Below, piece by piece: positions 21,701-31,975 of a stretch of 64,000 nt of DNA. The stretch's first letter is position 1; the number at the start of each line of letters is the position of its first letter. The stretch is taken from contig OZ241865.1 of the NCBI GenBank assembly GCA_965203275.1, positions 1,056,001 through 1,120,000 of the forward strand, in the 5' to 3' direction. Both the position numbers and the translations under genes were made by a program. Source of the DNA: Bdellovibrionales bacterium (GTDB taxonomy: Bacteria; Bdellovibrionota; Bdellovibrionia; Bdellovibrionales; JAUICD01). The notes beneath the pieces were generated by a model. The model saw only the letters and a list, made by a program, of their open reading frames with translations, was not told the origin of the DNA and did no database searches.

Positions 21701-22482
21701 CTGGAGGTGGCTTGTCATTTGTTGGCAAACGATTCATCAATATGCCAGCATTAACTTCAACCATTCGATATTTTCAAGCTACAGAAGTGATACCTAATTG
21801 GTTCTTTTCAGGGTTAATGGGGTTATGGGTTTCCAATATGGGCTTGGATATGTACCACCATTACTCTGAAACAAAACCTCAATCTGAATCTATGCAACAG
21901 CTTTACTTTGCCAATGTAGAACATAACATATTTGTTGATGAAGCTCTTTGGGCTATAAGTCAGGACAGGTTAGCAGAGGGAGGAACGCAAATGTGGATTA
22001 ATGTGGCTATAATGGCTAGTCTTGTTACTATACCAGGTTTAAGAAAACTTTTTGAAAGTCGGATTTCAACAAAATTTGAAAAGATAAGAGGTCATGTCAG
22101 ATACCTAGGAGAGAATCCCAACGAATTTAATTGGCGTCAATTAGATGACCTTGAAGCGTTTGTAGCAAAAAAAAATCGGACAGTTGATGATGTTAATATT
22201 ATTCAAGAACTCTCTACTTTTTACCAAAAGCATAAGGTGTATGCCGAAAGAATAATAGCAACTCGAAGATCTATGGGATTAACGCGAGGGAATCAAAATG
22301 ATCCGACTAATGCTTGGATGAAAAACATAACTGGCATGCGTAACGAGAACTCAAGTAGCAAACCACTCGAAGAGATCGCTAACCGCATGAAAACATCATT
22401 AGATCAAGAACTCCCCTATATTTTTAGAAAAAAAGATCCAGATCTTTTAGCAAAGGCCCTTTTTGAGGCATTGTATAAATAA
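18799..22482 (+). CDS. Large hypothetical secreted/membrane protein
   Basis: 1227-aa ORF with signal peptide and C-terminal hydrophobic segments; ATG 18808 is an alternative start. Confidence 0.75.
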   Translation: MYFMRLFQLKRYLIILICLSLGLTSPALSQEVSLTISEGTPNEVNEAIQPEDSLITEINTQIDELKEDVRRHAQAACCTGVPGVELDYTNLDNINLLTIRYINLKKIIQDYNYINENPDRENITKIIWVAVMLTIAFQIITAQMYLGQPLNEIDLSFSTFSLLKDGLVEVIEQYNNLPIEGRSGILFYQEDQTHLHIQIHPSGLQQIQMAIEIAQDSNKALTQLIFYPILQNYYSSILKTQTLRGIEEITYPDVRHLIEDGYFSFHLSEDVWKEIHKKNIEERFEQSPQFKAFNEKAEARVARFQTIMKDIEESFQTAILNAFQEEFYMNSMNSDEPSAKPATEIAHLNFFIKKDWLNMTLTPEHRNWILRVIPQGIQDLGGITFNSLHLEEFKSFDDNDMKAILEIGSNDHFVAICSNNINDDCRRVFASVFLSAKLFAIRQHICSAYLSVAPNFTHLSEEEKIQLGIIDHNCKDNQYHTDALDNTSENIISSHYFNRHLTSDFFSESEKESIEEVINMDETKVNCENTLSITFIINCIQEDLLQTRLENSALIDSWIEKALTAYQQRPEQSYTIEDLEAEGEQFKVQILEEYNQLLELQAPAYAAQNAHNEYMDKVIQDVIEIVNLDATIEHQPPIPVSLYGTIKLQKDFELYQESEVIMYDVLRNTQGSESYFNARAKFNAQLKNQVTSLTNVDDIYHTNDRIFIDPDKVRVALNQPLSESIALQSRWGQEAYQQTIAHQRQVLENLVNIGQDMGFFKVPSHLESLSKEHKSQYIPSVRDILSHLQPPQGFWNSIVDWWQSDWFPWYLQQYTENQKKEILNNHRILQKHYGSEEEDRLFFEVIAEECKNDFFIDQYQYQDQHCNREKVSGLIVEALATFETEITEQFHNLIDSSDPESHLEKALNFISGDNHITAVLSQEPYNASFDFHADRLRDLRTPTKKEELLLNLSIISERLSLLFLLSIAGGGLSFVGKRFINMPALTSTIRYFQATEVIPNWFFSGLMGLWVSNMGLDMYHHYSETKPQSESMQQLYFANVEHNIFVDEALWAISQDRLAEGGTQMWINVAIMASLVTIPGLRKLFESRISTKFEKIRGHVRYLGENPNEFNWRQLDDLEAFVAKKNRTVDDVNIIQELSTFYQKHKVYAERIIATRRSMGLTRGNQNDPTNAWMKNITGMRNENSSSKPLEEIANRMKTSLDQELPYIFRKKDPDLLAKALFEALYK

Positions 22483-22505
22483 ACTATGTGAAAGGAGATA
22501 TAATT

Positions 22506-23705
22506 ATGAATGTATTGAAGTTTTTTTTATGGTTATTTTTAAGTTTAACTTCTATTGATTTTGTTTTAGGGCAGGAGCAAGGTGCTTCAGATCTAAATGT
22601 GGAATCTACTCATTTAACTGTAGAGCAAGAGTTCAATGGTTTTTTAAATGACTTGCCTACTATAGTTAGAAGTCAATCATCTCAAGAAGCCTCCGAAGGT
22701 TCTGTTCCAAGAGGATCAATAGATCAATCAATAAGAAACAACATGATCAACAGCGTAGCTAATAAAGTATGGAATATTTCTGATTCACAATATAACAGAT
22801 TAGTTATAGATGCTCTCCATGCTTATATAGATCCTTCTATTTTAGATCCAGATCCTTCTGTGCATTTTCCTATTAAAAAAGTTTTAATAGATTTCTTTAT
22901 GGTATTAGGCAACAAATATGAGGAAGAAAAGCTTGCAGAAACAATGCGATGGGGTCACACATTCGCAAACAGTGCCTACCTCACATTTGCAGTACATGGT
23001 CTCGTGAAGGTCTTTTTTGCAATGCGTTTGAGAGGCGTAATAAAGCTAGGAGGAGGAAAATTTAAAAATTTTATACCTACAAGATTCCATGAATATTTAC
23101 TTCTTTTAGGAGTACCAACCGCTGTTACAGTTGGTAGAGAACTTTATCATAGTTTTATAAATGGTCCAAGGATGAATTCTCTCATATTAATGGATCATAC
23201 TTTCAGAACAGAGATGCGGTATTTATCAACAACTGCTTGTGCTTTTTTAAGTCAAGAAGTTCAAAAACATGCAAACTTTTATAGTGATCCTAATAATTCA
23301 AGGGCAATAGCAAATTTGCAAGAAAGTTATGAAAAACTCGATAACATGTATAAATTGATGAATGAAAACCTTCCTAGATTTCACACAACTCAGGAATTTA
23401 TATCAGATGCATTAAATCAAAGTATGCAGGAAGAACTAGCTCGCTTAGATCCAGATCTAGATCAGGAAGATATACAAGAGATAAAACTCCAGTTATATCT
23501 GAGTATTCAAGACCAAAAAAGTCAGATAAGAGATTTTTCAGAACAGCACCTAGGACTACAGCAGTTTCCAAACGGAGTACCTTCCATTTGTAGAAAATCC
23601 AATGGAAACATGGGAATCACAAAAGAACACTTAGATGAAATAAAAAATTATTTATCGAGCTTTCAAGGAAGTTCTATTTTACAGCAAACCTCGCCTAATC
23701 TTTAA
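22506..23705 (+). CDS. Hypothetical secreted protein (paralogue 1)
   Basis: MNVLKFFLWLFL signal, AGGAG SD; highly similar to the next gene. Confidence 0.75.
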   Translation: MNVLKFFLWLFLSLTSIDFVLGQEQGASDLNVESTHLTVEQEFNGFLNDLPTIVRSQSSQEASEGSVPRGSIDQSIRNNMINSVANKVWNISDSQYNRLVIDALHAYIDPSILDPDPSVHFPIKKVLIDFFMVLGNKYEEEKLAETMRWGHTFANSAYLTFAVHGLVKVFFAMRLRGVIKLGGGKFKNFIPTRFHEYLLLLGVPTAVTVGRELYHSFINGPRMNSLILMDHTFRTEMRYLSTTACAFLSQEVQKHANFYSDPNNSRAIANLQESYEKLDNMYKLMNENLPRFHTTQEFISDALNQSMQEELARLDPDLDQEDIQEIKLQLYLSIQDQKSQIRDFSEQHLGLQQFPNGVPSICRKSNGNMGITKEHLDEIKNYLSSFQGSSILQQTSPNL

Positions 23706-23775
23706 TATAGATAACCTTATGAAGATTGTAAAGATAAACTATGTAAAGATAAACTATGTAAAAAGAGATATAATT

Positions 23776-24930
23776 ATGAATGTATTGAAGTTTTTTTCAT
23801 GGTTATTTTTAAGTTTACTTTCTATTGATTTTGTTTTAGGTCAAGAGCAAAGTGCTTCTGGTCTAAACATGGAATCTACTCATTTAACTTTAGAGCAAGA
23901 ATTCAATGGGTTTTTAAGTGACCTACCTACTATAGCTAGAGATCAATGGCATCCTCCATCTCAAGAAACCTCTGCAAGTTCTACGACAGAAGAATCAACA
24001 GATCAATTAATAAGAAACAACATGATCAACAGCGTAGTTAATAAAATATGGAATAGTACTAGTTCTGATCTACAATACAACAGATTAATTATAGATGCCC
24101 TCAATTCTTATATATATCCTTCTACTTTAGATCCAGATCCTTCTGTGCATTTTCCTATTAAAAAAATCTTAATAGATTTTTTCATGGTTTTAGGCAACAA
24201 ATACAAGGAAGAAACCCTTCCAGAAAAAAAGCAATGGGGTTACGAACAAGTAAAGGATCACATCATATCAGCAGTAGTTTTTACTTTATTAGAGAGTGTG
24301 GCTGGACAATTAAATCCTCTCATATTAATCAATCATACTTTCATTGTAGAGATGCATAATTTAGCAACAAATGCTTGTGTTTTAAGTCAAGAAGTTCAAA
24401 ACAATAAAGTCTATCGTAATCATTCCATAAAGTATCTGCAAAAAAGTTATGAAAAACTCAGCAACATGTATGAATTGATAAATGAAAATCTTCCTAGATT
24501 TCAAGCAACTCAAGAATTTATATCAAATAGATTAATTCAAAATAGGCAAGAAAAATTAACTTACTTATATCCAAATCAAGAAGATATACAAGAGATAAAA
24601 CTCCAGTTATATCTCCATACTCAAGAAAGATTACGTAAGATAAGAGATTTTTTAGGACAATACCTAGGACTACAGCGGGTTCAAGATGAAGTACCTCATA
24701 TTTGTAGAGGAATACATAGAAACATGGAAACCACAACAAGATACTTATCAGAAATAGAAAATTATTTATTAAGCTTTCAAAAAGATTCCATTTTACAGCA
24801 ACCCTATCCTAACCCTATCCTAACCCTAACCCTTAATAAAAACCATCTTAGTCGTTCAAGAAATATTTTGCTTGAACTGGCTGATATGCAAAAGTTCTTC
24901 ATAGATGCACTGCCATTTTATTTCTTGTAG
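23776..24930 (+). CDS. Hypothetical secreted protein (paralogue 2)
   Basis: Shares LDPDPSVHFPIKK, NENLPRF and QEDIQEIKLQLYL with paralogue 1; 3' end overlaps mfd. Confidence 0.72.
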   Translation: MNVLKFFSWLFLSLLSIDFVLGQEQSASGLNMESTHLTLEQEFNGFLSDLPTIARDQWHPPSQETSASSTTEESTDQLIRNNMINSVVNKIWNSTSSDLQYNRLIIDALNSYIYPSTLDPDPSVHFPIKKILIDFFMVLGNKYKEETLPEKKQWGYEQVKDHIISAVVFTLLESVAGQLNPLILINHTFIVEMHNLATNACVLSQEVQNNKVYRNHSIKYLQKSYEKLSNMYELINENLPRFQATQEFISNRLIQNRQEKLTYLYPNQEDIQEIKLQLYLHTQERLRKIRDFLGQYLGLQRVQDEVPHICRGIHRNMETTTRYLSEIENYLLSFQKDSILQQPYPNPILTLTLNKNHLSRSRNILLELADMQKFFIDALPFYFL

Positions 24931-27900
24931 CTTTATAATTAAGCGATGATGAGGAGTTATTTGGTATTTTTCTTTTTGTTGCATGGCAAGGGTGACAACT
25001 TTTTCTCTTGATAAAGGTGTTTTATCTGTAAAAGTGAGTGATAAATTTTTACGGCCTGCTTTCAGATCACAAATACCCAGTTGCTTACATAAAGATCGTA
25101 TCACCATCACGCCAAATAAATTTAAAACAGGATCAGGAGGTTCTCCAAATTGATCTCGTATGTCTTCTTCAATCAGATCTATCTCTTCCATACTTTTAAT
25201 TTTAGAAAGTTTTCGATAAAAAGCTAAACGTACTCTTATATCAGGCATATATTCACTAGGAATTAAGGCAGGTATAGGAATATGAATCTCTGGTTCAAGT
25301 TGCATTAAAGAAGGTTCTTCCCCTTTCACAGAAGCCATAGCCTCCTCTAAAAGTTCTAAGTACAAATCATAGCCCACCGCTTCAACATGTCCTGATTGAG
25401 CTTCTCCTAATAAATTCCCTGCCCCTCTCAGCTCTAAATCATAATGAGCAATTTGAAGTCCGCTCCCTAAATCAGAATGTTCTTGTAAAGTTTTAAGTCT
25501 TTCCTGTGCTATAGGTTCAATCTTTCCAGATTCTGGCAATAAAAGATAACAATAAGCTCTCTTATTTGAACGACCTATTCGCCCGCGTAGCTGGTATAGT
25601 TGTGAAAGTCCAAATTGATCAGCCCTGTTGATCATCATAGTGTTAGCTTGCGGAATATCTATACCGGATTCAATAATTGTTGTACACAAAAGCAAATCAA
25701 ACTTCTGATGTAAAAAATCTAACATAATTTTTTCAAGGTCTCTTTCTAAAATGCGTCCATGCCCTACTTTAATTTTCACGTTGGGTAAAAGTTTTTGAAG
25801 TTTGTCTCTTTCTTTATAAATAGATTCTATATGATTATGGACATAAAATATCTGCCCTCCTCTTTGAATTTCTGACAGAATGGCTTTTTTGATCATTTCT
25901 GCTTCAAACTGACAAATAAAAGTCCTAGAAGGAAGGCGATCTCGAGGGGCTGTATTAATTAAACTCAAATCTCTTAAGCCAGTTAAACTCATATTTAATG
26001 TGCGTGGAATCGGCGTTGCAGATAAGGTAAGAGTGTCTACACCCATCTTAAGCTGTCGGAGCTTTTCTTTTTGAGAAACTCCAAATCTCTGCTCTTCATC
26101 AATAATCAATAGCCCTAATTTTTTTGGCTTTACATTACGGCTAAGGAGCTTATGGGTACCTATCAAGATATTAACCTTATTATTTTCTAAATCTTCTAAA
26201 ATTTGTTTTGCTTCTTTTAGAGGAGTAAAACGGCTTAAGCTTTTAATAGTGATGGGCCACCTTTTAAATCGATGTTGAAAATTTTCATAATGTTGAAAGC
26301 ATAAAATAGTCGTTGGTACAAGAATGAGACATTGTTTTTTGTTGGTCACACAGTGGAAAGTAGCCCTCATAGCTACTTCTGTTTTACCAAACCCTACATC
26401 ACCACAAATCAATCTATCCATAGGTTTTGAGTTTGTCATATCAGCTATCACATCGGATATAGCCTTGAGCTGATCGGTTGTTTCTTGGTATGGGAAATAA
26501 GCTTCAAACTCTTTAAATGAAGATTTTGGTTCTGGTAAAGGGTCTTTGGTGTATTGAGATCTTTTAGCATAAAGCTGTAAGAGGTCATTGGCAATATCTC
26601 TTAAATGAGCTTTCACCTTGACAGTCACTTGTTTCCACCGATTACCTCCTAGTGCATCTAATATATTAGGTCCAGAATATTTTTGGATTTGATTAATCTT
26701 ATAAACAGGTAGATACAGTTTATTATTGTCTCTATATTTGATTTGTAAAAATTCAGCATCAATGCCTTGAATGTTCATGACATGAAGACCTTCATAAATT
26801 CCTACGCCGTGGTCAATATGCACAATCTTATGACCAGTATGTAGCTCTGCAAATGAAAAATGTGACCCTTGGAGAGCAGGTTGCTTACTAAAATGAGAGT
26901 GAGATGTTTTTTTCTTACCAAAAAAATCTTCTTCTCTTAAAAGAATAAATTTTTCATCAGGAAATATTAAACTTTCACTGACTGGATGAGGTATAATCCA
27001 AAGGGTTTGAGGTGGGATGGGATCATCTTTATCCATGCTCTCTGTAATTAAATGAGTACCTTCTTTAGTATGAAAGCTCTCAATAAATTGATAAATCCAG
27101 TGAGGTTTATTTTCTATAATTTGAGGTTTTGTTTCTTGAGTGTGTAGAAAACTTTGCAGTCTTTGAGCTTGTGTCATGGTATGTGTAGATATAATGATAT
27201 AATAATTTTCTTTTAGCCATTGTTTTATTTTATCGGATGCTTTTTCAAAGGCTACAGATGGCTCTTTGAATAATTTAGGTACAGGTGAAGTTTTAATGGC
27301 AATATCAAACTTTACAGATTGCAAAGTTTGAGGGTCTGTGGGTCTCAAGTTAGAAACTTCAAAGTATTTTTTGGCTAGTTCAAAGTTAATATCAGAAAAC
27401 TGTGCATAAAGATTATGGTCAAGGGTACCAGGGGTGATGTGTTCTTTTTGAAAGTCTTTTGTCTCATTTATTTTGTTTTGAATGAGAGTTATTTGTTTGG
27501 AAATCTCTATGGGATTGATTTTCCAAAAGGCAAAATGATCTTGGAAATAATCAATAGGTTGGTTTAATTGAGGGTAATAATACCACAACAGGTAATCTAT
27601 GCCGTGGAAGTATTTTTCCACAGCTACCTCGTGTAAAAGTGTCTTGGCTTGATTAATTAAGTGGTTTGCTTTCAGTGTGGATTTGATTTTTCTGCTAGCA
27701 AAATTTCTGTTTTCAGTGGAAATCAAAATTTCTCTGCAAGGGATCATATCGGCTTTTAAAATAGGCGAGATGGATCGCTGTGTTTTAGGATCAAATAAGC
27801 GAAGTGATTCAATATATTTACCAAAAAGCTCTATGCGGATAGGAGCATGACAAGATGGGGAAAAAACATCAATGATACCTCCTCTGATAGCATAATGTCC

Positions 27901-28389
27901 AATGTCTTCCACCATTGGAGTAGCAAAGTATCCCATGCGGGATAATTTTTTTTCAAGGTCTTGTGGAATTTGTATGTTTTTTTCTAAGTGAAGACAATGA
28001 GAAGAAAATATATCTAGAGGAAGTGTCTTTTGCAAGAAAGATTCTGCTGTAGCTAGATAAATGCCGTTATCTTTTTTAAAAGCATGGTAGAGCCATCTTA
28101 ATCTTTGAGCTATGACTTGTGAGTTAGGATACAAGCCTGATTCTGGACCTACATCAAAAGCTGGGAGAGAAAAAATGTTTTTATTGGAAAAACCAAAAAA
28201 AGTTAAATCTGTAATGATGTGTTTAATATCTTTAGAGGTTGGAAGTAAAATAAGGTGAGGGTGTTTGACTTGATGGAGAAGAGAGAGAAGCTTAGCAGTA
28301 GCTACTGTAGAGTTTGTTCTTGAGATAAAGATATTTTTGTCTTTTGCTTGGTATGCTTTTAAAAGGGTAGATTGTATTGTTTCCCTCAA
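24856..28389 (-). CDS. mfd: Transcription-repair coupling factor
   Basis: RGGIIDVF, VHIDHGVG, CGDVGFGKTEVA, DEEQRFG, QLRGRIGR motifs and TRCF C-terminus. Confidence 0.98.
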   Translation of the reverse strand: MRETIQSTLLKAYQAKDKNIFISRTNSTVATAKLLSLLHQVKHPHLILLPTSKDIKHIITDLTFFGFSNKNIFSLPAFDVGPESGLYPNSQVIAQRLRWLYHAFKKDNGIYLATAESFLQKTLPLDIFSSHCLHLEKNIQIPQDLEKKLSRMGYFATPMVEDIGHYAIRGGIIDVFSPSCHAPIRIELFGKYIESLRLFDPKTQRSISPILKADMIPCREILISTENRNFASRKIKSTLKANHLINQAKTLLHEVAVEKYFHGIDYLLWYYYPQLNQPIDYFQDHFAFWKINPIEISKQITLIQNKINETKDFQKEHITPGTLDHNLYAQFSDINFELAKKYFEVSNLRPTDPQTLQSVKFDIAIKTSPVPKLFKEPSVAFEKASDKIKQWLKENYYIIISTHTMTQAQRLQSFLHTQETKPQIIENKPHWIYQFIESFHTKEGTHLITESMDKDDPIPPQTLWIIPHPVSESLIFPDEKFILLREEDFFGKKKTSHSHFSKQPALQGSHFSFAELHTGHKIVHIDHGVGIYEGLHVMNIQGIDAEFLQIKYRDNNKLYLPVYKINQIQKYSGPNILDALGGNRWKQVTVKVKAHLRDIANDLLQLYAKRSQYTKDPLPEPKSSFKEFEAYFPYQETTDQLKAISDVIADMTNSKPMDRLICGDVGFGKTEVAMRATFHCVTNKKQCLILVPTTILCFQHYENFQHRFKRWPITIKSLSRFTPLKEAKQILEDLENNKVNILIGTHKLLSRNVKPKKLGLLIIDEEQRFGVSQKEKLRQLKMGVDTLTLSATPIPRTLNMSLTGLRDLSLINTAPRDRLPSRTFICQFEAEMIKKAILSEIQRGGQIFYVHNHIESIYKERDKLQKLLPNVKIKVGHGRILERDLEKIMLDFLHQKFDLLLCTTIIESGIDIPQANTMMINRADQFGLSQLYQLRGRIGRSNKRAYCYLLLPESGKIEPIAQERLKTLQEHSDLGSGLQIAHYDLELRGAGNLLGEAQSGHVEAVGYDLYLELLEEAMASVKGEEPSLMQLEPEIHIPIPALIPSEYMPDIRVRLAFYRKLSKIKSMEEIDLIEEDIRDQFGEPPDPVLNLFGVMVIRSLCKQLGICDLKAGRKNLSLTFTDKTPLSREKVVTLAMQQKEKYQITPHHRLIIKLQEIKWQCIYEELLHISQFKQNIS

Positions 28390-28401
28390 AATAAACCACT
28401 C

Positions 28402-29145
28402 CTAGAGGTGGCTACCGCCATCCACTGTCAATACAGAACCTGTCACCCACCTAGCCTGCATTAAATAATCAACCGCTTCTACAATATCTTGTGTTTCTCC
28501 CATACGACCTAAAGGAGAAATCGCATGACCTCGTTTGATCTGAGCTTGAGAGATAGCATCTGTTTTTTCATAAAAACTATGTATAGGTGTGTAGATTAAA
28601 CCTGGATTAATGGCATTGACGCAAATATGATGTTCTGCCCATTCAATAGCTAAAGACCTTGTCCAGTTATTCATAGCAGCTTTTGAAGCAGAATAAATGG
28701 CAGTGCTATTGACAGGGTTTTTAGCTAAGCTAGAAGATATATTGATCACACTTGCTGTCTTTGATCTCTTAAGTAGATGAAAAGCTTTTTGTGTGATGCG
28801 AAAAGCACCAAAAAGATTGGTTTGAAATTGCATGGACCAGCTTTCTTCAGTGGAGTCTAAAAAACATTCTCTTTGAATACGCCCTGCGTTGTTGATGAGC
28901 AGATCAAGTGTGTTGGTCCATTCTTGTAGCTTTGTAAAAGCTTCTTGTACATCAAGAGCTTTTGCAATATCTGTGACTAGAAGTAAATATGGTTGTGTGA
29001 AATCAGAAGCAACAGCTTGGAGTTTCTCTTGGCTACGTCCTAATGCAATGACTCGATAACCTTGATGATCTAGGTGTTTGGCAACATCTGCTCCAATGCC
29101 AGAGCTAGCACCTGTCACAAGTGCTGTTTTTTGTAAGGTGTTCAA
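28402..29145 (-). CDS. Short-chain dehydrogenase/reductase
   Basis: TGASSGIG, NNAG, YSASK motifs. Confidence 0.95.
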   Translation of the reverse strand: MNTLQKTALVTGASSGIGADVAKHLDHQGYRVIALGRSQEKLQAVASDFTQPYLLLVTDIAKALDVQEAFTKLQEWTNTLDLLINNAGRIQRECFLDSTEESWSMQFQTNLFGAFRITQKAFHLLKRSKTASVINISSSLAKNPVNSTAIYSASKAAMNNWTRSLAIEWAEHHICVNAINPGLIYTPIHSFYEKTDAISQAQIKRGHAISPLGRMGETQDIVEAVDYLMQARWVTGSVLTVDGGSHL

Positions 29146-29219
29146 ATCAACCTCCTGTGCTGGTTTATTTGTGATTTTTAAAGGATTCCACTGTTAAGGT
29201 AGGTCACTTCAAATTTTAT

Positions 29220-30014
29220 TTAAAGGATTTTTTCTTTATGTCTAAGTAGCTCAACAAGCTTCTGAGCTTGTTGAGCAGGTTCACCTTCTATCATCTGCAC
29301 AGGAGGACTCTCTGGTGGAAGCTTAAAATCAGTGTATTGATTTTCATTTATGTCTACTCCTATATCTTCAAGAGTTATTTCTGTTAAGGGTTTTCTTTTA
29401 GCTTTCATAATCCCTGGCAATGTTGCATAGCGAGGAGTATTCAGTCCTTTATTCACGCCTATAAGAACAGGTAGTTGTACTTCTACGACTTCTTTTGCTC
29501 CTGATTCAATATCTCGATAAGCTATCACACTTTCTTTTTGGTATTCCAATTGCGATACAACAGATACATGAGGAATCTTTAAAAGCCCTGCTAACATAGG
29601 TCCTACAGATGATTGATTATCATCAATTGCCGACCTACCTACAAAAATCAAATCAAAAGGGCCTGTTTTTTGAATACACTTAAATAATATTTTAGCTACT
29701 GTTAAATTTTCTATTAGACCATGATAGTCCTTATCGGCAGAATCAATGCAAATAGCTTGATTGATACCCATAGCCAATGCAGTCTTCAAAGCATCGGAGG
29801 TTCTTGCTTTTGGACCAAAACAAATAGCAGTTGTGGTATTTTCAGAGTTTTGAGATTGGATTTTAATGGCTTCTTCAATGCCATATTCATCATAAGGATT
29901 GATGATCCATTTAATGTTACGAAAATCTATGGCATTTTGAGAATGACCCTCTGCATTTAATTTAATTTTTGTTTCTGTATCAGGAACTTGTTTAATACAT
30001 ACTGCAACTTTCAT
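29220..30014 (-). CDS. etfB: Electron transfer flavoprotein beta subunit
   Basis: CIKQVPDT, INPYDEYGIEEA, PRYATLPGIMKAK. Confidence 0.95.
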   Translation of the reverse strand: MKVAVCIKQVPDTETKIKLNAEGHSQNAIDFRNIKWIINPYDEYGIEEAIKIQSQNSENTTTAICFGPKARTSDALKTALAMGINQAICIDSADKDYHGLIENLTVAKILFKCIQKTGPFDLIFVGRSAIDDNQSSVGPMLAGLLKIPHVSVVSQLEYQKESVIAYRDIESGAKEVVEVQLPVLIGVNKGLNTPRYATLPGIMKAKRKPLTEITLEDIGVDINENQYTDFKLPPESPPVQMIEGEPAQQAQKLVELLRHKEKIL

Positions 30015-30022
30015 AATATCCC

Positions 30023-30664
30023 TTAATATTTCGCTTCTTCGTTTTGTATTTGATCGGTTTGATTAGTTTGATCAGTTTGATTTGCTTGATCGGTTTGATC
30101 GGCTTGTGGATTGTTAGAATCATGGTTTTCTGACTGGTTTTTTGGCTCTTCTGGAGTTTGGTCTGGAGTTTGGTTTTGATGAGTTTTAACTGCTGTGCTT
30201 TTATGTTGGGGCTTTTCTGTTATTTGTCTTTCAACAGAGATCACAAGATGAGTTTTCATTTTTTCCCCTAGTGATACAGCAACATTATGTTGTCCAAGAG
30301 TTTTAATGGGGGTTTCTATAGAAATGTGCTTGCGATCAATGAAAAGCCCTTTTTTCTCTAAGGCAGAGGCAATATGAGCATTGGTGACAGTTCCAAAAAG
30401 CCTTTCTGATTTGCCTGTAGGAGCATGGATCACAAGATGAGCTTGTGCAATATCTTCTAATAATTTGTGTTGGCCTTTGAGGAGCTTTTTTTCTCGAATG
30501 CGGGCAGCTTCCATTAGATGGTTTAATTCTTTGATGCGTTTTTCAGTGGCTTCTTGTGCTAATTTGCGTGGGATGAGGTAGTTCCTTGCAAAGCCATTTT
30601 TGACTTTAACAATTTGTCCTGCCTTCCCTACATGTTGCACATCTGCTTTTAGAATCACTTTCAT
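30023..30664 (-). CDS. rplI: 50S ribosomal protein L9 with low-complexity C-terminal extension
   Basis: MKVIL...VKNGFARNYLIP, LFGTVT, PIKTLG; Q/T/D-rich tail. Confidence 0.95.
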   Translation of the reverse strand: MKVILKADVQHVGKAGQIVKVKNGFARNYLIPRKLAQEATEKRIKELNHLMEAARIREKKLLKGQHKLLEDIAQAHLVIHAPTGKSERLFGTVTNAHIASALEKKGLFIDRKHISIETPIKTLGQHNVAVSLGEKMKTHLVISVERQITEKPQHKSTAVKTHQNQTPDQTPEEPKNQSENHDSNNPQADQTDQANQTDQTNQTDQIQNEEAKY

Positions 30665-30683
30665 AAGATGTATCCTTTTTTAA

Positions 30684-31133
30684 TTAGTCTTCTTTGCTGT
30701 GTGAATGGCTTAATTTTTGTTGTGTTTCTCTTTCTTTTTTACGGTCTAGACGTTTGCGTTCTCTTTCTCTTTCTTTTAAAGCAGTAGCTTCTAGTTGCAA
30801 TCGGTAGCGTTCTAAATGTTTTTCTAAAGGCACTTTGTCTTCTAAACGGCTATGTAAAAATTTTAATACAGAGCTATTTATTCGCAGTAGCCTTTCTAAC
30901 TCTACAATCACATTTCCGCTAGCGTAAAAACTATAATGAAAGAAAATAGCCATTGAAATATTTTTAATAGGATTGGCAATTGGACGCTTCCCCCAAGTGT
31001 CACAATGGTGTAATTTCCCTTTATGTTCTTCAATGACCTTTTTGTTTTGTTTAAAAAGTGCTTTTTGGTCTTCTAAACTAGTGTCTGGATGAACGACTAA
31101 GACACCTTCATAACAACGTTGTCTTGTTTCCAC
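30684..31133 (-). CDS. rpsF: 30S ribosomal protein S6
   Basis: YEGVLVVHP, WGKRPIANPI, ELERLLRIN; upstream of rplI. Confidence 0.88.
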   Translation of the reverse strand: METRQRCYEGVLVVHPDTSLEDQKALFKQNKKVIEEHKGKLHHCDTWGKRPIANPIKNISMAIFFHYSFYASGNVIVELERLLRINSSVLKFLHSRLEDKVPLEKHLERYRLQLEATALKERERERKRLDRKKERETQQKLSHSHSKED

Positions 31134-31435
31134 AAAAATCTCCTTATTTGTTTAGTGTATTATGGATATATTATATTTTTATATGTTATATGAAGTTTTT
31201 ATATGAGTTTAGGATTTTAGGCAAGTATTTATTTTTTTTAATTTTCCTGTTTTCGCTAGGTTCTTGTTTTTGCCCTTCTCTTGCCCTTGCATTGGCAATA
31301 AATCTTTATTGTATCTTTGATTTTAAGGTCAAAAACATAAAGAAGCTACAAAAATGCCTTAATTTTTGTCAAATATGGGATAGAGCTGTTTATTTTGGTT
31401 ATGGGTGAGATTTCCATTGCTTTTTTAAAATATTT

Positions 31436-31975
31436 TTTCACTAAAAATAAACCAGCCTCTGGCTGTTTTTGGGCATTGCTCTGACAGCTTACGCTGTCTA
31501 AAAAGAGCAATGCCTCAAAAATCCGTTTATTTTTAGTAAAGAGGATCTCTTCGTTTTTTGACTACATGTTAAGGAAAAAGTTCATTTAGATGCCGGGTTG
31601 CCGGATCCCAGATCCTGGATAAATACCATGTTAAGGAAAAATTTCTTTTATTGCCTCAAGAGCAAGCAGTTTGCGAATAAAACTCTTTTTCCTTAACATT
31701 TCACTCAAAATGCATCATGCCTCTGGCTACTTTTGAGGGTTAGCCTTTGGTCGACGGTGATAGCCAAAAGGTGTAAAATAGGACTTTTTCCTTAACATGG
31801 AGTTAAGGGACGAAGGGATCCTCCCTACTAAAAGTGGTCAAGCTTTCTAGGCAATGACCATTTTGCCAATGGCGAAAGCCATTGCGGTCATTGCCAGAAA
31901 GTAGCCAGAGGCTAGACCACTTTTAGTGAGCCATTGCCCAAAAACAGCCAGAGGCTAGTTCAATTTTAGGGAAAC
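31436..31975. repeat. Structured repeat cluster 3: module A copies in both orientations, heptamer module C, fragments
   Basis: Copies at ~31436-31583 and ~31782-31932; heptamers ~31589-31620; terminal fragment overlaps the kinase stop codon. Confidence 0.92.
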
